NCBI GenBank assembly: GCA_965197645.1 | Contig: OZ240219.1 | Location: 3,008,001-3,072,000, forward strand | Length of the DNA: 64,000 nucleotides | Origin: Dehalococcoidia bacterium | GTDB lineage: Bacteria; Chloroflexota; Dehalococcoidia; Plut-88900 | Direction: 5' to 3' | In this document: positions 24,472-34,072 of the stretch, piece after piece | Position numbering within the stretch: position 1 is the first letter of the stretch | Layout of the letters: each line of letters begins with the position of its first letter | The notes under the pieces: generated by a model | Told to the model about the DNA's origin: nothing | The model's input: only the letters and a program-made list of their open reading frames with translations | Database searches by the model: none | Translations under genes and position numbers: made by a program

Positions 24472-25449
24472 TTACTCCCGGGCGCTCCTGGGTGCTGCGC
24501 CGCCTTCTCCCCCGCCGGCTGGGGTGGCCATCTCCGCCATCGAGCGGACGCCGGAAGACGCCGCCGACAGACCGGCTCCCGCCGCCATCCCCGCCGCAGC
24601 AACTCCACCCGGGCCTGCGGCGGCTCCGCCGGTCATCAGGCCGAGGGTCTTGGCCGACCGCATCAACGTCCCGGGCAGCGAGAAGCCGAAGTACATAGCG
24701 CTCAGCCAGGAGTCGAAGGTGCCGGCGTTGCCCAGCATCGAGGGCACCCGGGTCGCCATGTACACGAAGGCCAGGGACATCAGCAGCTTCCACGCCAGCT
24801 CCTGCACCGGCTCGACCTCCCCTATGCCGGCGAACTGCCGCAGGAACCCAAAGCCCAGGGCCAGGGCGATGAGCTGTACCGCCTGCTGGAACACCGTGAT
24901 CATGAACAGCCGCAGCCAGTGGCGGCCCCAGCCCGCCGTGTAGGGCAGGATCCACAGCCCCAGGGCTATGGGCGCCAGGGCCAGCAGGATGTCTATCAGC
25001 GCCAGGCGCAGGATCATCTGCACCAGGACGTACAGGACGAAGAAGCCGTAGACCAGGTAGAGCGCCGCCATGAAGATCGCCATGCCCACGCTGCCCGTCT
25101 CCACCGCAACCAGCAGCGTTTTCAGCGCCGTTCGCAGCAGGTCTCCGGCGGTGACGTCTAGGGATGCTGCTATGAAACCGGAGACGGCGTCGGCGATATC
25201 GATGACCAGGGCGCACCACCACAACGAGGTGGCGGCGGCCACCAGCCCCAGCACCAGCCTCGGGACCATCTCACGCCACCCGGCCTGGGTCTGTCCCAGG
25301 TGGTGCTGCACGATGAGGCTCAGGCCCATCCAGCCCAGTATCAGGACCAGGACGCCGGAGGTGATAGCCCAGACCACGGCCCAGGCCTCCCGCACCAAGG
25401 GGTTGAGGTAGGTCAGCTCGGGAGAGGTGCCGGTGAGGATGTCGGTCAT
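24472..25449 (-). CDS. VirB6/TrbL-like polytopic conjugal transfer protein
   Basis: Multiple TM helices, RLALIDILLALAPIALGLWILP...WLRLFMITVFQQAVQ, Gly/Ala-rich tail; ATG 25449 overlaps the upstream stop. Confidence 0.85.
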   Translation of the reverse strand: MTDILTGTSPELTYLNPLVREAWAVVWAITSGVLVLILGWMGLSLIVQHHLGQTQAGWREMVPRLVLGLVAAATSLWWCALVIDIADAVSGFIAASLDVTAGDLLRTALKTLLVAVETGSVGMAIFMAALYLVYGFFVLYVLVQMILRLALIDILLALAPIALGLWILPYTAGWGRHWLRLFMITVFQQAVQLIALALGFGFLRQFAGIGEVEPVQELAWKLLMSLAFVYMATRVPSMLGNAGTFDSWLSAMYFGFSLPGTLMRSAKTLGLMTGGAAAGPGGVAAAGMAAGAGLSAASSGVRSMAEMATPAGGGEGGAAPRSARE

Positions 25450-26069
25450 CGACCGCCGTCCCCCCGGCAGTTGTCCGCGTCCCGGCCGCTGGCCTTCTCC
25501 ACCACCCCGCAGAGGGTCCCGTGGGTCCCCTCCACGGTCCAGCGGGCCAGGGCCCTGCCCCACTTTCCGGGGTCGAAGGCCCTCAGCACCCGGTCCCACA
25601 GGCCTCCGGGCTGGTACACGGGGATGATCGTGTAGAAGACGTGGATCTCCCCGCTGCCCAGGTCCCGGGGCATCAGCGCCAGCAGGTAGGCCCGGTCCGG
25701 GTCCAACGTCTCCTGGTCGTCCTGGAAGGGGTACTCGAAGGAGTACTCCCAGCCGTCCTGGCGCTCCTTCTCCCCGTCCCGGACCCCGTATACCGTGGTG
25801 AGCCACTCGCCGGTGTCGGGGTGGCGCACGGCGTAGTAGAGGACGGCGGGCTTGCGATCGAAGACGGGCCTGGCTATGAAGCGCCCGTCCTTCTTCCTCT
25901 CGACGAAGTCCTCGTCCCCGTTGACCAGATGAACGCCCTCTTCGGGCGGGTCCTGGGCCAGGACTAGGTTGCTGGTTGAGACGATTAGAAGCGTCGCCAG
26001 GAGCAACACAGCGGCCAGGGGCAGCAGCTTCCATGCTTTGAGGGGATTGGGATTCGATTGCAGCGCCAT
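25446..26069 (-). CDS. Secreted hypothetical protein, first gene of the transfer operon
   Basis: ATG after GGAGG; signal peptide LLPLAAVLLLATLLIVSTSNLVLA-QD; ATGA-coupled to the VirB6-like gene. Confidence 0.7.
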   Translation of the reverse strand: MALQSNPNPLKAWKLLPLAAVLLLATLLIVSTSNLVLAQDPPEEGVHLVNGDEDFVERKKDGRFIARPVFDRKPAVLYYAVRHPDTGEWLTTVYGVRDGEKERQDGWEYSFEYPFQDDQETLDPDRAYLLALMPRDLGSGEIHVFYTIIPVYQPGGLWDRVLRAFDPGKWGRALARWTVEGTHGTLCGVVEKASGRDADNCRGDGGR

Positions 26070-26237
26070 GGACTCCTCCCTGCGTCCGATGGATCCGGAC
26101 GCATGCGACGGAGTGTGGGCGCTCCTGGAATTAGACGGTATCCCCTGCAGGGGACTGCATCGATGTAACCCCCTCCAGGGGATTACACGGAGGTGGGCCG
26201 CTGTGATGTCATCGGGGTGTACAGGGATTTGCGGCAG

Positions 26238-26439
26238 TTCCCAAAAGGGAAGTGAGGGGCACACTCAAGGCTAAAACAGGGGAAGTTGAGCCCCCTAGAG
26301 GACGGGAAGAGAGAACACTTTTTCTGAAGTCCCCATTCCGGACCGGGTGGACAGCGCCAGGCACGACGGTTCCCAAAAGGGAACCGGGCAAACCAGACGA
26401 AACTTCCCATTCCGTGTCGTGGAAGTTCCCAAAAGGGAA
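26238..26439. promoter_or_regulatory. Three copies of the palindrome TTCCC-AAAA-GGGAA (operator or oriT element)
   Basis: Exact copies at 26238-26251, 26370-26383 (extended CGGTTCCC...GGGAACCG) and 26426-26439; copies 1 and 3 both continue GTGAGGG. Confidence 0.75.
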
Positions 26440-26454
26440 GTGAGGGAGGTACGA

Positions 26455-27261
26455 ATGAAAGAGGAGCATGCAGCGACGGCGGACAACCTGCGTCATCTGC
26501 GGTTGAGTGGACTTCTGCGGGACCTGGTCCGCCAGGAGGGCCGCATGGAGGCCGCCGAGCTGCTGGGGGTCAATTACAAGACCCTCGCCAGGGCCATCGA
26601 GTCGGGTAGGCTCACGCCCCGGCTGTCCGACGCCCTGGAACGGCTGGTGCTGGAAGGTGAAGGTTCTGCTGCGGCCCGGCAGGATCAGCGGATCGAGGCC
26701 CTGGAGGGACGGGTGGAGTCGCTGGCGGAGGACCTGCGGGGCGGCCTCGAGGAGCTCAGAGCAGTCGTCCAGGAGAAGGACGCGGCCCCACGGGACGAAA
26801 GCACGGGAGAAGAGGCGCAGGTGGAGGAGCGACCTGCGCCTGTGGAAAGGTCCCGGGCAGGTGAGGAGCCGCAGGAACCCGGGCCGTTGAAGTGGGCTCG
26901 TCACCGCCGGCTGGATCCCCTGGTTGTCCCCGAGGAGCCGGAGCCCGACGACGAGGAGGTCTATGGCCCGGCGTGGCCGGTCATAGAGGAGTGGCGCAGG
27001 CTCAGGAGGGGCCATCCGCACCGGGGCGGGAGCCTGTCGTGGCTGGTGACGGAGGAGCGCATCCTGGGGTTGGAGCTGGCGATCCTGGAGGAGCACGGGT
27101 TGACGTTGCCCCCGGAGGTGCAGCCGCTGCGGGGCTTCGGGCGCAACGGCCAGATCAACTGGCGAAGGAAGGCCCTCTACGACACTCGGAACGCCCGGGC
27201 CCGGCGGCAACTGCTGCGGTGGGTGCGCCGGATGGTGACCCTGGGGTTGTGGTGGAGGTAG
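26455..27261 (+). CDS. HTH + coiled-coil protein, putative ICE regulator or relaxosome accessory
   Basis: GRMEAAELLGVNYKTLARAIESG HTH; IEALEGRVESLAEDLRGGLEELR coiled coil; GGAGGT RBS. Confidence 0.7.
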   Translation: MKEEHAATADNLRHLRLSGLLRDLVRQEGRMEAAELLGVNYKTLARAIESGRLTPRLSDALERLVLEGEGSAAARQDQRIEALEGRVESLAEDLRGGLEELRAVVQEKDAAPRDESTGEEAQVEERPAPVERSRAGEEPQEPGPLKWARHRRLDPLVVPEEPEPDDEEVYGPAWPVIEEWRRLRRGHPHRGGSLSWLVTEERILGLELAILEEHGLTLPPEVQPLRGFGRNGQINWRRKALYDTRNARARRQLLRWVRRMVTLGLWWR

Positions 27262-27332
27262 CCGCTTACGGCGAGCGCTTAGGGTTTCGATAGACACGAT
27301 CAAACACTTCGCTTTGGTGAGCCACGGACCCC

Positions 27333-27362
27333 TGGACATTGGTACAACCGTTCTACGATAAT
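27333..27362 (+). promoter_or_regulatory. Possible sigma70 promoter for the replication operon
   Basis: TGGACA-N18-GATAAT in an AT-richer patch upstream of the rightward operon. Confidence 0.35.
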
Positions 27363-27847
27363 GAACCCACTGTCAGGCTTTGCCAGAGTTTCCCGCCCTA
27401 GAAACCTGGAGGGTCCCATCCCCGACCCGGCAAGGACCGCTTAGGATCGAGCACTGCTCTCCGAACGGTCCACCAACAGGGACAAGCGCATCCGGCTGCG
27501 ATAAACGGTGGAGGGGTCGAGCAATGCTCCCCCAACGCTGCTTTGAAAGCCGGGAGGACCCTGGGAGAAGTGTGCCCTACGCCTCGGCGTGAACGGCCAT
27601 TCTCATCGAAGTGCGCCATGCGCCACGACTTTCCCCCAAGGCCCAGCCCAGCTCGAAGAGTCGGCCGCCGTTACGCCACGAGGCTGTTACGGCCAACCCC
27701 GAGCCGAGCCCCATCTTCTTCAACCTCGCTCCCCCTCCACGTCAGGCATCCGACCGTGGCGGGAGTGCGTCCACTTCGTCAATAGAACCCACAGCCCAAG
27801 CCTGCGCCACGGATGCCGGCACGGGCAGCAACAGAAAGGAGGCGTCG

Positions 27848-28120
27848 ATGCACGCCAGGAAAGAAGTTCCAAGGATCGTAGCCGCAGTCGCCGGGACCGG
27901 CAGGTTCCTGCGGCGGCGAAAGCGGGCGGTGATTGCGCTGCTGGTGACAGGGCCCCTTCTGCTGACCGGCGACCTGGATCTCTTCGCCCTGAACCTGGTC
28001 GGGCTGGGCTTAGGGGCGCTCCTGCTCCGGCAGATGACACTGTCCACGGCCGCGAGACCGGCGACTACGAAACGACAGACGGCGGAAACAACGGTACAAA
28101 CAGATAGGAGGACACGATGA
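27848..28120 (+). CDS. Small membrane protein
   Basis: AAAGGAGG RBS; two hydrophobic segments; ATGA-coupled downstream. Confidence 0.6.
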   Translation: MHARKEVPRIVAAVAGTGRFLRRRKRAVIALLVTGPLLLTGDLDLFALNLVGLGLGALLLRQMTLSTAARPATTKRQTAETTVQTDRRTR

Positions 28121-28596
28121 CGACGGCAACGGCAACACTGGGCAACCGGACGCTGGCAGGGGCCCGGCCCAGCCTGGAACAGCTGGTCGACCGGCTGATA
28201 GCGGTCCTGTTCAGGGACGAGCCGGAGACGGCGGAGGCCACGGCAGAGCCAGCCCGGAGCGTGGCCCGCAGCGTCCATGAAGCGCGGCGGCTGCGGCAGG
28301 CGGGGGAGATCGACTCCGCACTGGCGGTCTTCGGCGGCATGGACATGGAGAAGGCGACACAGGAGGAGGCCCGCTGGGCCTTCTCCGAGTGGATGCAGCT
28401 TGTAAGGAGGCGGCGGTTCGGAAACCGGGACGCCCTGGTCTACAGCCAGGGAACGGGCAGGGCCGCCGCGCTGGTTCCCACGTCCGATGGCGGCACGCTG
28501 GAGGTCGCCGCTGTCCTGGGGATGCGCTGGCCAACCGGCAAGCTGGTCTCGCGGCGGAGCCTGCGGGGACTAAAGCCCCTGTGCGGAGGTGGATGA
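28117..28596 (+). CDS. Hypothetical protein
   Basis: GGAGG RBS; coupled to both neighbours by ATGA overlaps. Confidence 0.65.
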   Translation: MTTATATLGNRTLAGARPSLEQLVDRLIAVLFRDEPETAEATAEPARSVARSVHEARRLRQAGEIDSALAVFGGMDMEKATQEEARWAFSEWMQLVRRRRFGNRDALVYSQGTGRAAALVPTSDGGTLEVAAVLGMRWPTGKLVSRRSLRGLKPLCGGG

Positions 28597-29633
28597 TGGT
28601 CACCGCCAACGTGGACATCCCCACCCTGAAGGCCCGGCACCCGCTGGGAGACACGGTGGAGGCCGCCGGGGTGAGGCTGAGGGGAAGGGGCAGGGTCCGC
28701 CAGGGCGTCTGCCCCTTCCACGACGAGGGCGAGGGCAGCTTCACTGTCTACGCCGACTCGGAGCGGTTCTACTGCTTCGGGTGCGGTGAAGGGGGAGACG
28801 TGCTGGATTTTATCCAGAAGTCCGAAGACCTCACGCTGTCGGAGGCGATCCGGCATCTTGACGAGGACGCTTACCCCAGCGTCTCCCACCCGGTTCCGGC
28901 ACAGCGTCGTACGGCAACTGCTCTCCCAGTCAGGGACCCGACACTCCTGACGGCGGCATCCCGCTTCTACGCCGGTTGTCTCCGGCGTTCCCCGGAAGCG
29001 CGGGAGTACCTGGCATTGCGGGGCGTCGGCCCGATAGCTGCAAGCCGCCTGGGTCTCGGCTTCTCACCGGGCGGCGGGTTGCGGCAGGCCCTGGAGTCGG
29101 CCGGCTTCTCCGAGAGGCGCATCCGGGACTCGGGGCTGTTCACGGACCGGGGTGCGGAGCGGTTCGCAGGAATGGTCGTCGTACCCGACATCTCCGGCGG
29201 CTTGGTTCGCTGGCTCGCTGGTCGGGCCATCGATCCTGGCGCGAGGCCCCGGTTCCAGGCCCTTCCGGGCCCCAAGCCGGTGCTTGGGCTTGGGCGACTT
29301 GGCCCCGCACCACCCTGGACGGTCCTGACCGAGGGGGTCTTCGACTGGATTGCGCTTGCCCAGTGGGGCCTCCCCGCCTGCGCCGCCCTGGGCACCCAGG
29401 GCGTTGAGCGCATCGCCTCGGCCCTCCGGGGCTGTCCCCACATCTTCCTCGCCTTCGACAACGACGATGCAGGCCTTGAGGTCACAGAGCGGCTTGCGTC
29501 CTTGCTTGGAAGGCGCTTCGCCGCCGTCACCCTTCCCCAGGGCGTCGGCGACGTGGCCGAGCTTGCCACCCACCCCACCGGGAGCGCCGCTTTCCTCCGC
29601 CTGCTCTCCCAGGCCGCCCGCGCTGCCCGCTAG
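28593..29633 (+). CDS. DnaG-type DNA primase (CHC2 Zn finger + TOPRIM)
   Basis: CPFHDE...FYCFGCGEGGDV; LTEGVFD, ALGT, LAFDNDDAG, GVGDVAE. Confidence 0.93.
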   Translation: MMVTANVDIPTLKARHPLGDTVEAAGVRLRGRGRVRQGVCPFHDEGEGSFTVYADSERFYCFGCGEGGDVLDFIQKSEDLTLSEAIRHLDEDAYPSVSHPVPAQRRTATALPVRDPTLLTAASRFYAGCLRRSPEAREYLALRGVGPIAASRLGLGFSPGGGLRQALESAGFSERRIRDSGLFTDRGAERFAGMVVVPDISGGLVRWLAGRAIDPGARPRFQALPGPKPVLGLGRLGPAPPWTVLTEGVFDWIALAQWGLPACAALGTQGVERIASALRGCPHIFLAFDNDDAGLEVTERLASLLGRRFAAVTLPQGVGDVAELATHPTGSAAFLRLLSQAARAAR

Positions 29634-29814
29634 CGGCTCCCCGCCGCTCTCCAGCGGGCTTCGTTTCCCCCGCTTTCTCCCACTCCCCATTCTCACCCGC
29701 CTGGGAGGAGCTATGCCCATTTCATGACGGGCTTCGCCCGCGCACGGCTTCCCCTAGAAGAATCCGCCCACCGACCATTGGCCACAGGAACTACATCACG
29801 GAAGGAGACGCAAC

Positions 29815-30696
29815 ATGCCGAACAAGAACGGAAGCAACAACGGAAACGGCGTCCACGAGGACACCGCCATGGCCACCCGGAACGGAAACGGCCACAAGCC
29901 TGAGGCCGAAATCACCGGCGGGCACGACCTTCTCTGGGACGGTCTCTCGCCCGCCGTCACCAGGGCGCTGGAACAGCCCCTCGACCCCGTACTGGTCTCC
30001 CAGCGCAAGGGACGCGCCGGCAGGGTCTTCGACTACCTGGAAGGCCACGTCGTCATCGACCAGGCCAACCGGGTGTTCGGATACGGTGGCTGGGGCTACG
30101 AGATGGTCGGAGAGGTGGCCCTACGCCGGATCGAGACCGTCGACGTGAAAACGGGAGAGGTGAAGGTGTCCTACGGTTACAGCGCTCCCGTCCGGGTCAC
30201 CGTCCCCGGCGCCCCGCCGCGCACCGACACCGGCTTCCATGCCGTTACCGACGAGACCGCTGACGGGCATGAGACTGCCCTGAAGGGAGCTGTCACCGAC
30301 GGCATGAAGCGCGCCCTGCGCAGCTTTGGGGACCGGTTCGGCAACGGCCTGTACGGCGACCGGCAGTCCCAGGAGGCGAGAAGCCGAGGGACCGACGCCG
30401 GGCGGACGGGCGGAAAGGGTGGCGGCACGCCCCGCCCTCAGCGCGTCTCATCTCCGGCCAAGGGGACGTTCAGCCCCGTGCCGGGCAACGACCTCGACGA
30501 GACCCATGTGCGGTACCTGCGCAAGCGGATCTTGGAGCTGGGCGTCGAGCAGGGCTTCGAAAAGGGGCAGGTGCGGGCCGCCGTTCGCAACAGGACGGGC
30601 CGGGACCTAGAGGACCTGGCGGCGGCGGATCTGACACCCCTGGTCGAGGGCGCAACCCGGAGGCTCCACCAGATGCAGCAGGGAGATGCCGCATGA
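29815..30696 (+). CDS. Rad52/Rad22 family single-strand annealing protein
   Basis: YLEGHVVIDQANRVFGYGGW and ALKGAVTDGMKRALRSFGDRFGNGLY. Confidence 0.92.
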   Translation: MPNKNGSNNGNGVHEDTAMATRNGNGHKPEAEITGGHDLLWDGLSPAVTRALEQPLDPVLVSQRKGRAGRVFDYLEGHVVIDQANRVFGYGGWGYEMVGEVALRRIETVDVKTGEVKVSYGYSAPVRVTVPGAPPRTDTGFHAVTDETADGHETALKGAVTDGMKRALRSFGDRFGNGLYGDRQSQEARSRGTDAGRTGGKGGGTPRPQRVSSPAKGTFSPVPGNDLDETHVRYLRKRILELGVEQGFEKGQVRAAVRNRTGRDLEDLAAADLTPLVEGATRRLHQMQQGDAA

Positions 30697-30763
30697 GCCA
30701 GGGGGCCATGACAACGAGCGGGGGCGTCTCCGCTCTCCATTTACGGGACAAGGAGGAGAAGAA

Positions 30764-31258
30764 ATGGCAACCACAACCGCGATCTACACACCCTGGGGTT
30801 GGACCCGGGACATTGAGGAGTTGGCCGATGGGGTCTTGAGAGTTTCCACGCCCAGCCACGGAGGGTTGAAGCTCAGCGGCGAGCGGTGGAACTCCCTGCC
30901 CGCCGAGGTCCGGGACGGTATGTACACACCGACCTTCGCCGAGGAGGACTGCGAGGAGTCCATCGTCAGGACACTGCTGGGCCTGGGGGATGACCGGGAG
31001 AGGGAGCTTGCCCTCAGGGTGGCGGGCTACTTTGACCGCTACGCCCCGGCGCTGCCCCACCTGCGGGCTGCCGCCCGGGGGCCGCACTACCACGTCATCG
31101 GCTACTAGGGCGGCTACGGGACCTGCTCCTTCGGGCACTTCGATACCAGGGAGGAGGCGGAAGCCTTCGCCGGCGACGGTGGGAACCTGCGGGACCACGG
31201 ACGGCTCGAGGCCGTCGAGTGCGACAGGAATCACGACGGGAAGGGGGAAGGGCCATGA
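30764..31258 (+). pseudogene. DUF7007-like protein with in-frame TAG at 31106-31108
   Basis: TPWG...ADGVLRVSTPSHGGLKLS...EEDCE; the frame stays open after the TAG up to a TGA that overlaps the next ATG. Confidence 0.65.
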
Positions 31259-31665
31259 GCACGACGACAAGGGCCAGGCCCCGCAGCCTTCCCAGCACCA
31301 CCACCAAGCTGCAGACCGAGTACGGGAACCTGTACGTCACCGTCTCTACCGACGAAGAGGGTCGGCCCTTCGAGGTCTTCGGCTGGCTGGGAAAGGGCGG
31401 CAGCTTCCAGCACGGGGTCACCGAGCTGGCCTGCCGGTTGATCTCCCTGCACCTGCGCAGGGGTACCCCGCTCGAGGAGGTGATCGACCAGATCGCCGGC
31501 ATCCAGGAGATGCAGCCCTTCTTCAACAGGATGGCCGACGGCGCCAGCGTGGCCGTCCTGGGACTGGGAGATGGCATTGCTCACATCCTGAAGGGTTACC
31601 TAAAGGATGGGGAAGACGGGGAAGTGGTGCAATCGACAGAAGCGGCCGAATCGAAGGTCGCATGA
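31255..31665 (+). CDS. Stand-alone TSCPD-domain protein (class II ribonucleotide reductase C-terminal-like)
   Basis: RPRSLPSTTTKLQTEYGNLYVTVS...PFEVFGWLGKGG...RLISLHLRRGTPLEEVIDQIAGI. Confidence 0.85.
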   Translation: MSTTTRARPRSLPSTTTKLQTEYGNLYVTVSTDEEGRPFEVFGWLGKGGSFQHGVTELACRLISLHLRRGTPLEEVIDQIAGIQEMQPFFNRMADGASVAVLGLGDGIAHILKGYLKDGEDGEVVQSTEAAESKVA

Positions 31666-31756
31666 CCGGCACGGCTCAAAGAAGCGTGGATCGAGGCGGG
31701 TTGCTCTCCAAGGAGACGGCTCCGCTTTCATCTACAGGAGATCAGGAGGTAAAAAA

Positions 31757-32854
31757 ATGACGACTGAGACCATCGACAGGACAGGGGTCTTCTCCCGTCC
31801 TGCGGCACGGTTCGACGCCGGCGGCAACCTGGAGGTGCGGGCATCGGCGGCCCTGGGCTGCCGCCGCGCCCTCTGGTACGCGGCGACGGGACACACGCCC
31901 ACCAGATCCCCCAGCGAGGAGTCCCGCATGGCGATGGAAGCGGGCAACGCCCTGGAGCCGGTGGTGGTCCGGGCGATGGAGCGGACCGGTTGGAAGGTCG
32001 ATCCCGCCGACCTCCGGGACCCGCAGCAGGTGACGGTGAGGGTCGCTCCCAACCTGCTGGTCACCGGGCATCCCGACGGCACGGTGCGGCTGCCCCTGCC
32101 GGAAGGCGAAGCGGCCACCGTCGAGATGTTCCTGTTCGACGACGAGCCCCGGGCTCCCGCCTACGGCGACCCCATGGTGGTGGAGATCAAGACCAGGGGC
32201 CCGGAGGCGTTTCGGCGCTGGCGGACCCTGGGAGCGGAGCGCAGCCACCCGGCGTCGGTGGCCCAGGCCGCCTTCTACACCCTGGGCGCCTTCGGCGATC
32301 TCCGGCCCGCAGTCATCGCCACGATGGACACGGGCAACCGGACCTGGGACCACGAGATCATCTCCGCAGCCAGGCTGGACCGGGCCCTGCTGGACGCCTG
32401 CGCATGGCTGGGCGAGGTGGCCGGCCACCATTCCCAACGCGGGCCCGACCCGGATGCGCTGCCCGAGAGAGACTTCCCGGCCGGTTCCTGGCAGTGCAGG
32501 TCGTGCCCCTTCCTGGACATCTGTCAGCCGGGGGCGGCCGAGGTTGTCGAAGAACCGGAGACCCAGGGAGAGGAGGTGACAGACGAAAAGGCACGGGACG
32601 CGGTGGCGGCCTACGCAGAGGCCCGGGAGTCGATAAAGGGGCCCGAGAAGGCCAAGCGCACGGCGCTGGACACCCTGAGAGCGTGGATGTGCCGGCAGGG
32701 CGACACCAAGGCGACCGTAGGCGGCAGGACGGTCAGCCTGGTGCAGACCAGGAAGTACTCCGTCAACTACCGGAGGCTGAACGAGCTGCTCGACCCCGGG
32801 ACCAGGGCCGGAGTGGTGACGGAGAGCGAGTCGGAGTACGTTCGGATCAGCTAG
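31757..32854 (+). CDS. Cas4/AddB-like PD-(D/E)xK exonuclease with 4-Cys Fe-S motif
   Basis: ASAALGCRRALWY, GHPDG, VVEIKT, QAAFY, WQCRSCPFLDIC. Confidence 0.85.
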   Translation: MTTETIDRTGVFSRPAARFDAGGNLEVRASAALGCRRALWYAATGHTPTRSPSEESRMAMEAGNALEPVVVRAMERTGWKVDPADLRDPQQVTVRVAPNLLVTGHPDGTVRLPLPEGEAATVEMFLFDDEPRAPAYGDPMVVEIKTRGPEAFRRWRTLGAERSHPASVAQAAFYTLGAFGDLRPAVIATMDTGNRTWDHEIISAARLDRALLDACAWLGEVAGHHSQRGPDPDALPERDFPAGSWQCRSCPFLDICQPGAAEVVEEPETQGEEVTDEKARDAVAAYAEARESIKGPEKAKRTALDTLRAWMCRQGDTKATVGGRTVSLVQTRKYSVNYRRLNELLDPGTRAGVVTESESEYVRIS

Positions 32855-32976
32855 ACACTCCCCCAACGGGAGCGCAGTACGGGGCCGTCATTCCTTCTAC
32901 AGGGGGCGGCCCCGCTTTCGTCTCAAACGGGCGCGGGGACACCGCGTCACATCATTCCATACAGGAGGAGTTCGAA

Positions 32977-33345
32977 ATGGCAAAGACGATCAACAAGGTA
33001 GAGCTCTTGGGCAGAGTGGGAACGGACCCGGAGATGCAGTACACGCCCGGCGGCACCGCCGTCGCCAAGCTGCGGATGGCCACCGACCGCTACCGCAGGG
33101 ACGCGGAGGACGAGACCGACTGGCACAACATCGTGGTCTGGAGCAACACCGCCGAGGCGGTGAACGAGTACGTCGGGAAGGGTGACCGGATCTACGTGTC
33201 CGGCCGCCTCGTCCAGAACTCGTGGGAGGGCGACGACGGCCAGCGCCGCCACCGCACCGAGGTCCACGCCTCCGAGGTCGTGTTCCTCGACTCCCGCAAC
33301 GGGAACGGCGGCGACGGGCAGGCGGAGGACGCATCCCCCTTCTAG
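32977..33345 (+). CDS. ssb: Single-stranded DNA-binding protein
   Basis: INKVELLGRVGTDPE...TDWHNIVVW...KGDRIYVSGRL; acidic tail ending SPF. Confidence 0.96.
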   Translation: MAKTINKVELLGRVGTDPEMQYTPGGTAVAKLRMATDRYRRDAEDETDWHNIVVWSNTAEAVNEYVGKGDRIYVSGRLVQNSWEGDDGQRRHRTEVHASEVVFLDSRNGNGGDGQAEDASPF

Positions 33346-33459
33346 TCGGTCATTCCACAGACGCATTACGACGCCTTGCCAAAGGCGCAACGACGGGGCC
33401 GCTTCCACCTACGGGAGGCGGCCCCGCTGCTATTCCAACCGATAAAGAAGGAGGCCGGC

Positions 33460-34020
33460 ATGATCAGAAAGAAGAACACCAACAAGCAGACCAAGTCCCT
33501 TGTGGCCGACCCCAACCCCGCACCCAGCCCGGAGGGACGGGCGCTGCTGGACGCCCTGCGCAGCAACCTGAGCCTGCTGGGGGAGATAGCCATGCGCTAC
33601 GAGGTCGAGACCCAGCCGGAGCGCACCAATGAAGACCTGCCCTCCATCGGCTGCCCCGAGGACGTACGGCGCCTGCTGGCACCGGAGATGGCCCCGCTGG
33701 CCCAGGAGCAGCTCCGGGTGCTCCTCATGAACACCAAGAACAAGGTCGTGGGGCAGCGCGTCATCTACCAGGGCAACGTCTCATCGGCCGTTGTCAGGCC
33801 CGCCGAGGTGCTGCGCCCCGCCGTTACGGAGGCCGTCCGCAGCATCATCATCTGCCACAACCACCCCTCCCACGACCCCACTCCCAGCCCCGAGGACGCA
33901 CGTCTCACCGGGGACCTCGTGAAGGCGGCCAAGCTGCTGGGAATCGAGCTCCTCGATCACGTGGTCATCGGCGGGGGGCAGTTCGTCAGCCTCAAGGAAA
34001 GGGGGCTGATGTCCGGCTAG
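33460..34020 (+). CDS. radC: RadC-like JAB/MPN domain protein
   Basis: QEQLRVLLMNTKN...HNHPSHDPTPSPED...GIELLDHVVIG. Confidence 0.93.
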   Translation: MIRKKNTNKQTKSLVADPNPAPSPEGRALLDALRSNLSLLGEIAMRYEVETQPERTNEDLPSIGCPEDVRRLLAPEMAPLAQEQLRVLLMNTKNKVVGQRVIYQGNVSSAVVRPAEVLRPAVTEAVRSIIICHNHPSHDPTPSPEDARLTGDLVKAAKLLGIELLDHVVIGGGQFVSLKERGLMSG

Positions 34021-34072
34021 GACTCGCCGGTGTATCAAGACGCAAGAAAACCAGGAGATAAAGGAGCAAGAC

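Noticed and set aside
31757-32854. Cas4-like gene as evidence for a CRISPR-Cas locus
   Set aside because: There is no repeat-spacer array or other cas gene, and the Rad52/SSB context indicates a recombination exonuclease
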